Shown here piece by piece: positions 23,377-31,979 of a stretch of DNA of 64,000 nt. The stretch lies in the IMG/VR virus record IMGVR_UViG_3300045988_119411. One strand, written 5' to 3'. Numbering within the stretch: position 1 is the stretch's first letter; each line of letters begins with the position of its first letter. The position numbers and the translations under genes were made by a program. Under the pieces are notes generated by a model. It worked only from the letters and a program-made list of their open reading frames with translations. It made no database searches and was not told the origin of the DNA. The stretch comes from a virus.

Positions 23377-23395
23377 TTGAATGAATCGCTGATTA

Positions 23396-23416
23396 TATCA
23401 CAGCACGTGTGTGATA
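23396..23416. promoter_or_regulatory. operator-like palindrome TATCACA-N7-TGTGATA
   Basis: Related GTGTGATAA / TTATCACAC copies lie at 23533-23542 and 23611-23620. Confidence 0.5.
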
Positions 23417-23479
23417 ATTCGGACATTTAAGTGCGGCACGTCGTAGAAAATTTTAATACCAATTTGTGCATGATGGATA

Positions 23480-23508
23480 TTGCAAATATCGAACAGATGT
23501 TTTAATAT
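23480..23508 (+). promoter_or_regulatory. sigmaA-type promoter convergent with the repressor gene
   Basis: TTGCAA-17 bp-TAATAT. Confidence 0.45.
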
Positions 23509-23646
23509 TAGATGTAACAAAAATAATTTCGACCGTGTGATAACATGAAAATAGAGAGCGACGGAAGAAAGGGAAATGGAAGATGGACAGAGAAGAACTT
23601 ATAAAGAAAATTATCACACAGTTGGATGGACTAAATATTGAAGAGC

Positions 23647-24015
23647 TTAACGAGATTTATTCCTGTTGCGAATTACATCAATCTGGGCGGAAAGAGACTC
23701 CAGCGTGTCCAGAGAAAGGCCATCCAAAGACGCAATAATTTTTGCTCGAACTTCAGCCTCCGCACTGTTATCAGTGTTGGGGCTGCTTTTTTTTGCTTTT
23801 TCTTGCTGAATGGTAGGCAATTCGTCTCCGTCAAGCTCCGCAAGTGTAATACCAAAGTGATCAGCGATTTTTTGCCTCGTCCTCGTATGGGGAATAGTCT
23901 TTCCTGCTTGCCAAAGCAATACGGCTTGATTGCTAGAGCCGATTATTTTTGCAAGGCGATAGGCGGAATACCCCTTACTTTGCATACAGTAATTTAGATT
24001 ATGCACAAATGCCAT
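23647..24015 (-). CDS. CI-like XRE-family repressor
   Basis: HTH MQSKGYSAYRLAKIIGSSNQAVLLWQAGKTIP. Divergent from the cro-like gene. Confidence 0.85.
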   Translation of the reverse strand: MAFVHNLNYCMQSKGYSAYRLAKIIGSSNQAVLLWQAGKTIPHTRTRQKIADHFGITLAELDGDELPTIQQEKAKKSSPNTDNSAEAEVRAKIIASLDGLSLDTLESLSAQIDVIRNRNKSR

Positions 24016-24058
24016 AATTAGACCTCAAATTTTGTACAATATGATACTTAAAGTTTGA

Positions 24059-24087
24059 TTGACATATACGTAAACTTTGAGTACAAT
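24059..24087 (+). promoter_or_regulatory. sigmaA-type early rightward promoter
   Basis: TTGACA-17 bp-TACAAT. AAAGTTT/AAACTTTGAGTA operator-like repeats overlap it; a related AAACTTAGAGTA lies near 24161. Confidence 0.65.
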
Positions 24088-24222
24088 AATAACTGTGGAC
24101 AGGCAGTAAAAACCTGAACACTCTGACAATACAGGTCGGAGTGAACTCAATGTTGTAGCAAACTTAGAGTATCACCAACTACTTGATTTGTCAACAAAAT
24201 AATCTAAGTTGGAGGTGAAATA

Positions 24223-24423
24223 GTGGGTTTTGCGAAAAATCTCACCAACTTACAGGCTGAACACGGCGAAACGAATTATCGTCTTGCAAAGGAAATCGAT
24301 GTTACTCAAACTTCCGTTAAAAGTTGGAATACTGGGGAGCGTCTACCGCATCCGAAGACACGAAAAAAGATTGCGGAACACTACGGCATAACCGTGGAAG
24401 AACTGATGAGGGAGGATGAATGA
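24223..24423 (+). CDS. Cro-like XRE-family HTH protein
   Basis: GTG start after a GGAGGTGAAATA RBS. NLQAEHGETNYRLAKEIDVTQTSVKSWNTGERLP. Confidence 0.8.
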   Translation: MGFAKNLTNLQAEHGETNYRLAKEIDVTQTSVKSWNTGERLPHPKTRKKIAEHYGITVEELMREDE

Positions 24424-25103
24424 GGGAACTGATTCCAATGGATGAGTATGGGGTATTTGCTGACCGGAATGATACAGCCAGAGTGAGCAGTTTGATGGTG
24501 GCTAAATATTTTGACAAAAGCCACAATCACGTATTGCGAGACATTCAAAATCTGGACTGCTCCGACGCATTTCGACTGTCCAACTTTGGACAGTCCCTAT
24601 ACATCAACGAACAGGGAAAGCGACAGCCCTGCATTTGTATGACACGGGATGGATTTATGTTTCTCGCGATGGGGTACCGAGGGAAGAAAGCGGCGGCAAT
24701 CAAAGAAGCGTATATCAAACGCTTCAACGAAATGGAAATGTTCATCCGCACGTTGGTTGAAACCAGACAGGAATTCCCGCTACTGACCGACAATATCAAA
24801 TTGATTCATGAAAAACCGAAACCTTATCATTTCTCAAATGAAGCTGATATGCTGAACCGGCTGGCTCTTGGCATGACGGCAAAAGAGTTTCGCATGGCGC
24901 ATGGTCTGAAGGCTGGCGAGAGCATTCGACCTTACTTGACGGAGAAACAAATTTCTGTTTTGGACACGCTGCAAAAGGTCGATATTGGACTGTTACTGGC
25001 AATGCCAGATTTCAATCAGAGGAAACGACAACTGCAATGGTATTTGGCCCAAACGTCAAATACCGAGAATTACAGGAAGGAGGCCGCCAATGCCGGATGT
25101 TAA
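24420..25103 (+). CDS. Rha-family phage regulatory protein
   Basis: VSSLMVAKYFDKSHNHVLRDIQNL...MTRDGFMFLAMGYRGKKAAAIKEAYIKRFNEME matches the Phage_pRha pattern. Confidence 0.8.
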   Translation: MRELIPMDEYGVFADRNDTARVSSLMVAKYFDKSHNHVLRDIQNLDCSDAFRLSNFGQSLYINEQGKRQPCICMTRDGFMFLAMGYRGKKAAAIKEAYIKRFNEMEMFIRTLVETRQEFPLLTDNIKLIHEKPKPYHFSNEADMLNRLALGMTAKEFRMAHGLKAGESIRPYLTEKQISVLDTLQKVDIGLLLAMPDFNQRKRQLQWYLAQTSNTENYRKEAANAGC

Positions 25104-25356
25104 AAGCAGCGAAAAAAAGCAGCGCAAAAAAATTGTCAACAACAGCAGAAAAAAACAGCCGGATTTTTTCGCCATTACGCGGCTGATTCGTGGATATGCC
25201 ACGCCGCCCCAAGTGGCCGTGATCCTGAACTGCTCGCCGACTACGGCAAGAAAAAAGATGAATGCCCCGGAACTCTTCACGCTTGGCGAATTGAAGTGGA
25301 TTTGTCATGAGACACACATTCCGGTGGAGGAGATGCAGAAGGCGGCTATGGTATGA
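25090..25356 (+). CDS. hypothetical protein (88 aa), possible HTH
   Basis: ORF 24985..25356 trimmed to MPDVKSSEKKQ with a GGAAGGAGG RBS. Confidence 0.5.
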   Translation: MPDVKSSEKKQRKKIVNNSRKKQPDFFAITRLIRGYATPPQVAVILNCSPTTARKKMNAPELFTLGELKWICHETHIPVEEMQKAAMV

Positions 25357-26000
25357 GCCTGATACGAAAACATTTCGAGGATCGGCGGAGCTGGCTGGAA
25401 GGTCGGCAGGAGCTGGGGCTTGGCGGCTCCGACGCGGCGGCGGTCTGCGGGTTATCACCTTGGATGTCGCCGGTGGAGCTCTGGAAGATCAAAACGGGGC
25501 AGAAGAAGGCGAAGGACATTTCGAGTGATGAGGTCGTAGAACGCGGAGTCCGGATGGAACCGGCGCTCAGAACGCTGTATGCGGCCATGAACCCGACGGT
25601 TCAAGTGGAGTATTATCCGTTCGATATTCTGGCGCAGAGTGAGAGGCCATGGCTGACGTCGACGCTTGACGGAGAATTGATCGACGAAAACGGCCGGCGA
25701 GGAATTTTGGAAATCAAGACCGGCCAGACCATGAAAAAAGCGGATTATGAAAAATGGTCGGACGGAAAAATCCCGGACAACTATTACTGCCAGACACTGT
25801 TTCAGCTCCTTGCGACCGGCTGGGAGTTTGTGGATCTGTTTGCGGCGCTCGAAGACATCCGCGGGGATTGGTCAATCCGGACGCGCCACATTGAACGGGC
25901 CAGCTGCGAGGATGACCTTGCATGGCTGCTGGAGAAAGCCGAGATATTCTGGGGTTATGTGCAGAGACGGCAGATGCCGCCAATGGTATTGCGTTTGTAA
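25353..26000 (+). CDS. YqaJ-like viral recombinase exonuclease
   Basis: RRSWLEGRQELGLGGSDAAAVCGLSPWMSPVELWKIKTG is the typical YqaJ N-terminus. Sits upstream of recT. Confidence 0.85.
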   Translation: MSLIRKHFEDRRSWLEGRQELGLGGSDAAAVCGLSPWMSPVELWKIKTGQKKAKDISSDEVVERGVRMEPALRTLYAAMNPTVQVEYYPFDILAQSERPWLTSTLDGELIDENGRRGILEIKTGQTMKKADYEKWSDGKIPDNYYCQTLFQLLATGWEFVDLFAALEDIRGDWSIRTRHIERASCEDDLAWLLEKAEIFWGYVQRRQMPPMVLRL

Positions 26001-26012
26001 GGAGGAAAAATT

Positions 26013-26246
26013 TTGTACGTTGCAGTAAAATTTTACCGTGAAAAGACGGGCGGTTATTCTGGCATGGCGTATAGCTATGAAACGGATCTGCCGCTGAAAG
26101 CTGGCGACCGCGTGATCGTTCCGGCTGGGAGCGGAAAGAACCGGGCCATCGTTGTGAGAGAGAACGTTCCGCAGAGCGAGATCAATCCGGCGTTCTTCCC
26201 GCTGAAGAAAATCACGGAGTATGACGTGGAGGAGGCGGAGGGCTGA
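26013..26246 (+). CDS. hypothetical protein (77 aa)
   Basis: ORF track (non-ATG start). Confidence 0.45.
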   Translation: MYVAVKFYREKTGGYSGMAYSYETDLPLKAGDRVIVPAGSGKNRAIVVRENVPQSEINPAFFPLKKITEYDVEEAEG

Positions 26247-27118
26247 TGCAGACGACAGAAATTCGGATGATCACAGACCTCGACAGTGCCGTTCCGCAGA
26301 GCCTTGACTTCAACTTTGAGGAAGTAAAAGACTGGCTTGCCGAAAATCTGACGGCCTACCGGTCCATGGTGGTCACGGAGGATGCGCTGGGCGCCGCCAA
26401 GGCCGATAAGGCGAAGATCCGAAAGATCAGCTCGGCAATTTCAGAACAGCGGATCGCGGTCAAGAAGCGCTATCTGGAACCATACAACTCCTTTGAGGCG
26501 AAAATGAAGGAGCTTTCCGCGATGTGCGACGAGGCTGCGAAGAACATCGATACGCAAGTCAAAGCATTTGAGGAAAAGCGGAAGACAGAAAAATGTGATC
26601 TCCTCAAGCAATACTTCTCTTCTGTCAATCATCAGAGTTGGCTCACGTTTGAGAGAATTTTCAATCCTCGTTGGCTGAATGCGACGTTTTCCTTTGATGA
26701 GGCAAAGAAGGAGATCGACAGCAGAGTCAAGGTTGTTGAAGTAGACTTGGAAACCATCCAAAAGATGGAGAGCGATTTTCAGGATGAGCTGATGCTGGAA
26801 TACCAGCGGAGCCTTGAAATGAGGACTGTGTTCGAGAAACAGATCATGCTTGGGCAGATGAAAAAGCAGCGTGACGCCCAAAGGGTTGCGCAGGAAGCGG
26901 CAGCGAAGGCAGCTGCTGAGAGAGTGGCTACTGCGCAGAAGCCCGAAGAGCCGGTTGCCAAAACTGAGCCGGTGGCAAGGCAGAGTGAGGAAACGGCGGA
27001 GCCGCTGGAAGTTCTGGATTTTCGCTGCTATCTGACCAGAAGCCAGAAAATCGAGCTGCGGGACTGGCTGATCAAGCACGGTATTAAATTTGGCCGTGTG
27101 CCGAAAGAGGATTACTGA
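26246..27118 (+). CDS. DUF1351-like phage protein
   Basis: LDFNFEEVKDWLAENLTAYRSMVVTEDALGAAKADKAKIRK matches the remembered family pattern. Typical neighbour of RecT. Confidence 0.55.
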   Translation: MQTTEIRMITDLDSAVPQSLDFNFEEVKDWLAENLTAYRSMVVTEDALGAAKADKAKIRKISSAISEQRIAVKKRYLEPYNSFEAKMKELSAMCDEAAKNIDTQVKAFEEKRKTEKCDLLKQYFSSVNHQSWLTFERIFNPRWLNATFSFDEAKKEIDSRVKVVEVDLETIQKMESDFQDELMLEYQRSLEMRTVFEKQIMLGQMKKQRDAQRVAQEAAAKAAAERVATAQKPEEPVAKTEPVARQSEETAEPLEVLDFRCYLTRSQKIELRDWLIKHGIKFGRVPKEDY

Positions 27119-27133
27119 GGAGGAAATTGAGAT

Positions 27134-28159
27134 ATGAATACAACAAATAGATTGGCCCCGAGACAGCAGACCTTTTCTGGCGCAATCACATCCACGACGA
27201 TGCAGACGATGATCCAAAAATCGCTGAAGGATGACCGGGCCGCTGCACGCTTTACATCAACGCTGATTTCGGCCGTCAATGCATCGGATCAGTTGAAAGC
27301 CTGCGAGCCAGGGACGATTGTGGCGGCAGCACTGCGAGGTGAGGGCATGGGCCTGAGCCTTGGAATGGGGTACTATCTCGTTCCGTATGGGCAGACCTGC
27401 ACGTTCATCGTTGGATATAAGGGGTTGATCGCTCTGGCGCTGGCGACGGGGCAGTACAGCGACATTGACTGCATTGACATCCGGGAAGGTGAATATAAGG
27501 GCCGTGACCGGAGAACCGGAAAGCCATCGTTTGACTTTGAGGTCTATGCGGACGATGAAGAGCGGGAAAAAGCGAAGATCATTGGGTATTATGCATATTT
27601 TGAGCTGAAAAACGGCATGTTCCGTTCGGAATACTGGAATATGGACAAGCTACTCAAGCATGCAGACAAATATGCACAGGCGTTTAAGCTCGATAAATTC
27701 AATGCCTTTGTCAACGAAGAACTCAGCGAGGCAGAAACGGCAAAGCTGAAAAAGTCCTCGCCTTGGTACGATGTTGGAGGCGGACAGGAGCGGATGTGCA
27801 AGAAGACGGTTCTTCGCAGCCTCTTGAATTCTGGTTATGCTCCGCTGTCAAACGAGGTCCGCTATGTCCTTTCGGAAGATGATGAAGATGGCATGATTCC
27901 GGATCTTCCGGTTCTCAGCGTGGATCGGAGCACCGGCGAGGTCATTGATCCTGCGCCGGCAGCGATTGAGAGCGCCAAAGACGATGATTTCTTCGGCGGC
28001 GGAAATACGGTCGAGGAAGAGCTGAAGCAGCGGGAAGAGGCCGCACAGACTACTGAGGCCACGACAGAACCCAAGAGCCAGAAGAAAAGTCAGAAAAATG
28101 CTGCACAGGCAGAAGATGACTTCTCGGATGATGGGTTCTTCGGCATGGGTGAGGCATGA
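27134..28159 (+). CDS. recT: RecT-family single-strand annealing protein
   Basis: GLSLGMGYYLVPYGQTCTFIVGYKGLIALALATGQYSDIDCIDIREGE. Confidence 0.85.
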   Translation: MNTTNRLAPRQQTFSGAITSTTMQTMIQKSLKDDRAAARFTSTLISAVNASDQLKACEPGTIVAAALRGEGMGLSLGMGYYLVPYGQTCTFIVGYKGLIALALATGQYSDIDCIDIREGEYKGRDRRTGKPSFDFEVYADDEEREKAKIIGYYAYFELKNGMFRSEYWNMDKLLKHADKYAQAFKLDKFNAFVNEELSEAETAKLKKSSPWYDVGGGQERMCKKTVLRSLLNSGYAPLSNEVRYVLSEDDEDGMIPDLPVLSVDRSTGEVIDPAPAAIESAKDDDFFGGGNTVEEELKQREEAAQTTEATTEPKSQKKSQKNAAQAEDDFSDDGFFGMGEA

Positions 28160-28746
28160 GGCCGCTTGTAAATCGCGTAGAGCAAGACCCAAAAGACCCA
28201 AAACGCAAATTCTGCCAAAGCATGGTTATCTGGGGGAAGGTTACGCGCGACGCAAAGCTGGAATACACGAAGGGGTCGGAAACAGCCCCTCCAAAGCCAA
28301 AGGTCACGTTCGGTGTCGCGTATGGCGACAAGGGCGCAGAAAACGATAAGAAATTCATGAACTGCATCTCCATCGGAGAGTGCTACCAGACGGATTTGGC
28401 GCAGCGAGTTCGTGCTGGGGACTATGTTTTGATTGCCGGAAGATGGTCCAGCAAGGAGTATACAAACAAGGACGGAGAGCAGAGGACTTGGAATGAGCTG
28501 CGGATCGAACACATCGAAATCCTCAGTGATGGATTCCGGGAGGCTGTAGTGGATGCCATGACGACCGCAATGTCGAAGATATTGACGTTGGGGCGCTATG
28601 ATGAGAAGCGTGATTTCGTGAAAGCCTTCAATTTGTCCTTTGTTGATGCCTTCTGGAATCTCTGTCAGGAAATGCAGGGCGAGGCCGCGGAAGAATCGGT
28701 TGACGGTGATGGATACGGTGCCGATGACTATGAAATGACGATTTGA
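28156..28746 (+). CDS. OB-fold SSB-like protein (second SSB-type gene in the window)
   Basis: ATGA overlap with recT. WGKVTRDAKLEY...LIAGRWSSKEYTNKDGEQRTWNELRIEHIEIL resembles an SSB OB core. Acidic C-terminus. Confidence 0.45.
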   Translation: MRPLVNRVEQDPKDPKRKFCQSMVIWGKVTRDAKLEYTKGSETAPPKPKVTFGVAYGDKGAENDKKFMNCISIGECYQTDLAQRVRAGDYVLIAGRWSSKEYTNKDGEQRTWNELRIEHIEILSDGFREAVVDAMTTAMSKILTLGRYDEKRDFVKAFNLSFVDAFWNLCQEMQGEAAEESVDGDGYGADDYEMTI

Positions 28747-28752
28747 GGAACT

Positions 28753-29265
28753 ATGGGGCTGAACATGAGCTTATCGGATCTGCCGGAGCCTTACAGAAAG
28801 CAGGCGACGGAGAAAATCCTTTCTCAGATGAAGAAAAAACAGACTGCGCCGCCACAACCTATCCAGAAAGAAAAAAAGACGCCGAAACTGCACAACAAAA
28901 AAGTTGAGCGCGGCGGCAAGACTTTTGACAGCATCAAAGAAGCAAACCGATATGACGAGCTTGTGCTGATGGAGCAGCAGGGGATGATCCGAAATCTGGA
29001 ATGGCAGAAGAAATTCCCTCTGCTGCCGGCACAATATAAAACAGTCGTCAGATATGGAAAAAATGGAGCGCGCCTGAAAGATGGGCAAAAGCTGGTGGAA
29101 CGGGCGGTCGATTATTACGCCGATTTTGTGTATAAGAAAGACGGCATTTTGGTGGTGGAGGATGTGAAAGGCTATCGAAATCCATCTTCCGCGGCCTACG
29201 CAAAGTTCGTACTAAAGCGGAAAATGATGCTTTATTTCCACGGAATTGAGATTACGGAAGTTTAA
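28753..29265 (+). CDS. DUF1064-like (PD-(D/E)xK nuclease-like) phage protein
   Basis: KKVERGGKTFDSIKEANRYDELVLMEQQGMIRNLEWQKKFPL...YYADFVY...VEDVKG. Confidence 0.7.
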   Translation: MGLNMSLSDLPEPYRKQATEKILSQMKKKQTAPPQPIQKEKKTPKLHNKKVERGGKTFDSIKEANRYDELVLMEQQGMIRNLEWQKKFPLLPAQYKTVVRYGKNGARLKDGQKLVERAVDYYADFVYKKDGILVVEDVKGYRNPSSAAYAKFVLKRKMMLYFHGIEITEV

Positions 29266-29285
29266 CTGCACCGGAGGAAAACAAA

Positions 29286-29612
29286 ATGGAAGTCAATTAT
29301 GAATCATTGGTGATCCGGGCGTCAGTGCCTTGGCAAAGCGTTTACCGGGAAGAGGTCGTGGAAAGGCATACGACAGATTCTCAGGAAGATATAGATTTCT
29401 GCCTCAACCACTGCCCTTATGCGAGCGATGAGTGCTGCAACTGCCTCGCCGGTGGAAAACCGGAGGCGAAGCGAGGGCGCCCGGAAAAGTTTGACATAGA
29501 AAGACTGGCTGAGATGCTGCGGTTGAAAAAAACCAGCGCTGAGATCTGCAAAGAGCTCGGAATGAGCAGGATGACCGTTTCCAGGTATAAGAAAAAATTG
29601 TGTGGTGTTTGA
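29286..29612 (+). CDS. HTH DNA-binding protein (108 aa)
   Basis: C-terminal DIERLAEMLRLKKTSAEICKELGMSRMTVSRYKKKL. Cys cluster upstream. Confidence 0.55.
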   Translation: MEVNYESLVIRASVPWQSVYREEVVERHTTDSQEDIDFCLNHCPYASDECCNCLAGGKPEAKRGRPEKFDIERLAEMLRLKKTSAEICKELGMSRMTVSRYKKKLCGV

Positions 29613-29787
29613 CATGACAAAGCGAGAGAAATTGATTCAGCGGCTCCGCTGCCCGAAAATTGCATCCTGTCCATTTGAACTGCGCGAGACAACATGCAGC
29701 AAGTGCCAGAAAACTGTGAAGGAAGAGGCTGCTGACGAGTTGGAGCGGATGGAAAAGCAGTCCTGCATTGCGGAGGGCGTGGAATGA
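29602..29787 (+). CDS. hypothetical protein (61 aa)
   Basis: ORF track. Start may be 29614. Confidence 0.4.
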   Translation: MVFDMTKREKLIQRLRCPKIASCPFELRETTCSKCQKTVKEEAADELERMEKQSCIAEGVE

Positions 29788-30014
29788 AGGGCGGATGGCG
29801 TTTGATGGCCTCCGGTAGCATGATCCGCTGCCGGAACGGTCATATCGTGGGCTGCGTGGAGGACGGGCGGCTCGTGATGCGATATAGAAAGCGGACGGCT
29901 GTCTATTCTTCGGAACGTGGGGATGCGGAGATCATCTGCGACCAGTGCGGAGCGATGGTCAAGACGCATCTGATCGGTGGAGCAGTCTATTTGGAGGAAT
30001 GGAATGAAAATTGA
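29784..30014 (+). CDS. hypothetical zinc-ribbon protein (76 aa)
   Basis: ORF track. Confidence 0.45.
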   Translation: MKGGWRLMASGSMIRCRNGHIVGCVEDGRLVMRYRKRTAVYSSERGDAEIICDQCGAMVKTHLIGGAVYLEEWNEN

Positions 30015-30456
30015 AAAGGGCTACTATCTCAAGATGAGAAATGGCTATATTGGCTACATCTCTGCTGTTTTGAAAACTGACTCGGAAGAGAACCATGCTT
30101 TTGAGTACACCATTACACATCCGGAAATCGGGAAATACGCATTTTTCGTGGGGTCCGAAAAAGAAATGTGGAGAAAGTTTCACACGATTGGCACGGAATC
30201 CATTCCAATCGTTGTGGAAGACGAGTCAGATAAGGCAAAATGCAGTCTTGAGAAGAGAATCAAACCATTTTCACTCGTTAAGAAAGAACAAAGAGAATGT
30301 TGGAAGATTCAAACAGACCGACATGGCGGCGTGACAAAAAATTTTGGAATACATGATATTTATCTGAAGGATATTCCGGACAACGAACGCCTTGCATTCA
30401 AGATCAATGAAATCATAGAAGTTTTGAATGGGATGATTGATAAAGATGGAAATTGA
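30004..30456 (+). CDS. hypothetical protein (150 aa), low-GC
   Basis: ORF 29977..30456 trimmed to MKIEKGYYLKM with a GGAGGAATGGA RBS. Visibly AT-rich. Confidence 0.55.
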   Translation: MKIEKGYYLKMRNGYIGYISAVLKTDSEENHAFEYTITHPEIGKYAFFVGSEKEMWRKFHTIGTESIPIVVEDESDKAKCSLEKRIKPFSLVKKEQRECWKIQTDRHGGVTKNFGIHDIYLKDIPDNERLAFKINEIIEVLNGMIDKDGN

Positions 30457-30784
30457 TCTCGGACGGGCGATTCCGCTTCCAATTCTGGAAGTTCAGGAGA
30501 TGGAGGCCAAAGGGATGCCGATTGAGCTGGTTCTGTGCCCTCTATGCGGAGTGGAGCCTGTGAGGGAGCAGCAGGAAGTGATGCTCGGGAAGATTCAGGA
30601 CGGCGGCTATCCGGTTTTGCAGGGCCGACTTGTTTGTCCGGAGTGCGGCTTCGGGCAGACATGGGGGCAATCATATTGCATTGGGAGTCCTTGGGATCGC
30701 AAGAGAGATTGGCGAGTCAACATTGTGGTATGGAATCGACTCGCAAAAATGGAGGAACAGCATGAACAGAATGACAAAATATGA
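30437..30784 (+). CDS. zinc-ribbon protein, possibly Lar-like restriction alleviation
   Basis: CPLCG...CPECG followed by VVWNRLA, resembling the Lar family C..CG...WN.R pattern (memory only). Confidence 0.35.
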   Translation: MIKMEIDLGRAIPLPILEVQEMEAKGMPIELVLCPLCGVEPVREQQEVMLGKIQDGGYPVLQGRLVCPECGFGQTWGQSYCIGSPWDRKRDWRVNIVVWNRLAKMEEQHEQNDKI

Positions 30785-31277
30785 GGAGCGCGACGGCGTG
30801 AAACGTGCCGTGGCGCTGGTCGATCACGATACGGCAATCACGCGGCTGGCGGAATATGAAGATTCGCTTCTTCCGCCGGAAGATGTCATTGGAAATAAGA
30901 AAATTATTGAAATGGCTTTTGAAGATGATCTGTCGAGAGCAGCGCAGCTCCGCAAGCTGGCTGTGGCCGATGCGGCCGGAAAAGTTCTTGTCCAGCCGTT
31001 TGTTCCGGGAGAGTGCGTGTGGGTGGTCGAACGGGATGAGGACGGAGATCCCTACGAGATAAGCGGATATATCTTTGTTGCACTCGTCCATAAAACCGTG
31101 ATCGTATCACCATACATCAATGGCGGTGATGATATTGATGCTGCATTGGAGTATGCGGTAGAACAGAAACAAAATTGCGACGAAGCAGTCCTCGAAGCAT
31201 ATTCAGTCTATGACTGTTTTGCCACAAAAGAGGGTGCCAAGGCACATCTGAACGGATCGGAGGAAGAATCTTGGTGA
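30762..31277 (+). CDS. hypothetical protein (171 aa)
   Basis: ORF 30630..31277 trimmed to MNRMTKYEERDG with a GGAGGAACAGC RBS. Confidence 0.55.
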   Translation: MNRMTKYEERDGVKRAVALVDHDTAITRLAEYEDSLLPPEDVIGNKKIIEMAFEDDLSRAAQLRKLAVADAAGKVLVQPFVPGECVWVVERDEDGDPYEISGYIFVALVHKTVIVSPYINGGDDIDAALEYAVEQKQNCDEAVLEAYSVYDCFATKEGAKAHLNGSEEESW

Positions 31278-31699
31278 ATGGTAAAATGAAGATCGTTTTG
31301 GAGCCGTGGGCCATTATGCCTACGAGGGCACACGAGTTTGACGCGGGCCTTGACCTTTATTCGACTGACGATGATGTTTATATCTATCCGGGTGGAAGCG
31401 CTATCTTTAACACTGGGGTGCATGTCCAACTGGAAAAAGGAACCGTCGGCATGGTCAAAAGCAAGAGCGGATTGAACGTCAAGCATGGAATTACCAGCGA
31501 GGGCGTGATCGACGTCGGTTATACGGGGAGCATCATGGTAAAACTCTACAACCATTCGGATCATCCGTACAGAGTGCGAAAGGGAGACAAAATCTCTCAG
31601 CTGGTGATTTTACCCTGCCTGCTGCCAGAGCTGGAAGTGGTCTCTTCATTGGAAAAGACGGAACGAGGAACCGGCGGGTTCGGGAGCACGGGGAGGTAG
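31271..31699 (+). CDS. dut: dUTP diphosphatase
   Basis: AHEFDAGLDLYS, GVIDVGYTG and RGTGGFGSTGR motifs. Start may be the ATG at 31286. Confidence 0.9.
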   Translation: MVNGKMKIVLEPWAIMPTRAHEFDAGLDLYSTDDDVYIYPGGSAIFNTGVHVQLEKGTVGMVKSKSGLNVKHGITSEGVIDVGYTGSIMVKLYNHSDHPYRVRKGDKISQLVILPCLLPELEVVSSLEKTERGTGGFGSTGR

Positions 31700-31706
31700 A
31701 CTGAAA

Positions 31707-31979
31707 ATGCACGGATTTATTGAGGTCACGACGGAAGCAAGCCAGGGAAAGTCACTCGTCAATGTCGATTGGATACAGATGGTCGTTCGAAAAACCGACT
31801 GCACGATGATTTACTTTGCGTTCAATGTGCCATACGCAGGCGAGCAGGATTACATTGTCGTTGCGGAGGATTATGATTCTGTCAAGAGAAAAATCGAATA
31901 TGCGACAAGAAGGGATGACGGAGGTACTGAATGCGGTGTGATAAAATCAGAATTCACGCAGAAATCCCAGTTGAGATAG
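31707..31979 (+). CDS. hypothetical protein (90 aa)
   Basis: ORF track. Confidence 0.5.
   Translation: MHGFIEVTTEASQGKSLVNVDWIQMVVRKTDCTMIYFAFNVPYAGEQDYIVVAEDYDSVKRKIEYATRRDDGGTECGVIKSEFTQKSQLR

Noticed and set aside
23214-23385. 55-aa plus-strand ORF (MTGNTGSAIGSVVGG...) in the int-cI spacer
   Set aside because: It has no RBS, is built from the palindromic elements themselves, and is the reverse frame of the spurious N-terminal extension of ORF 22468..23259.
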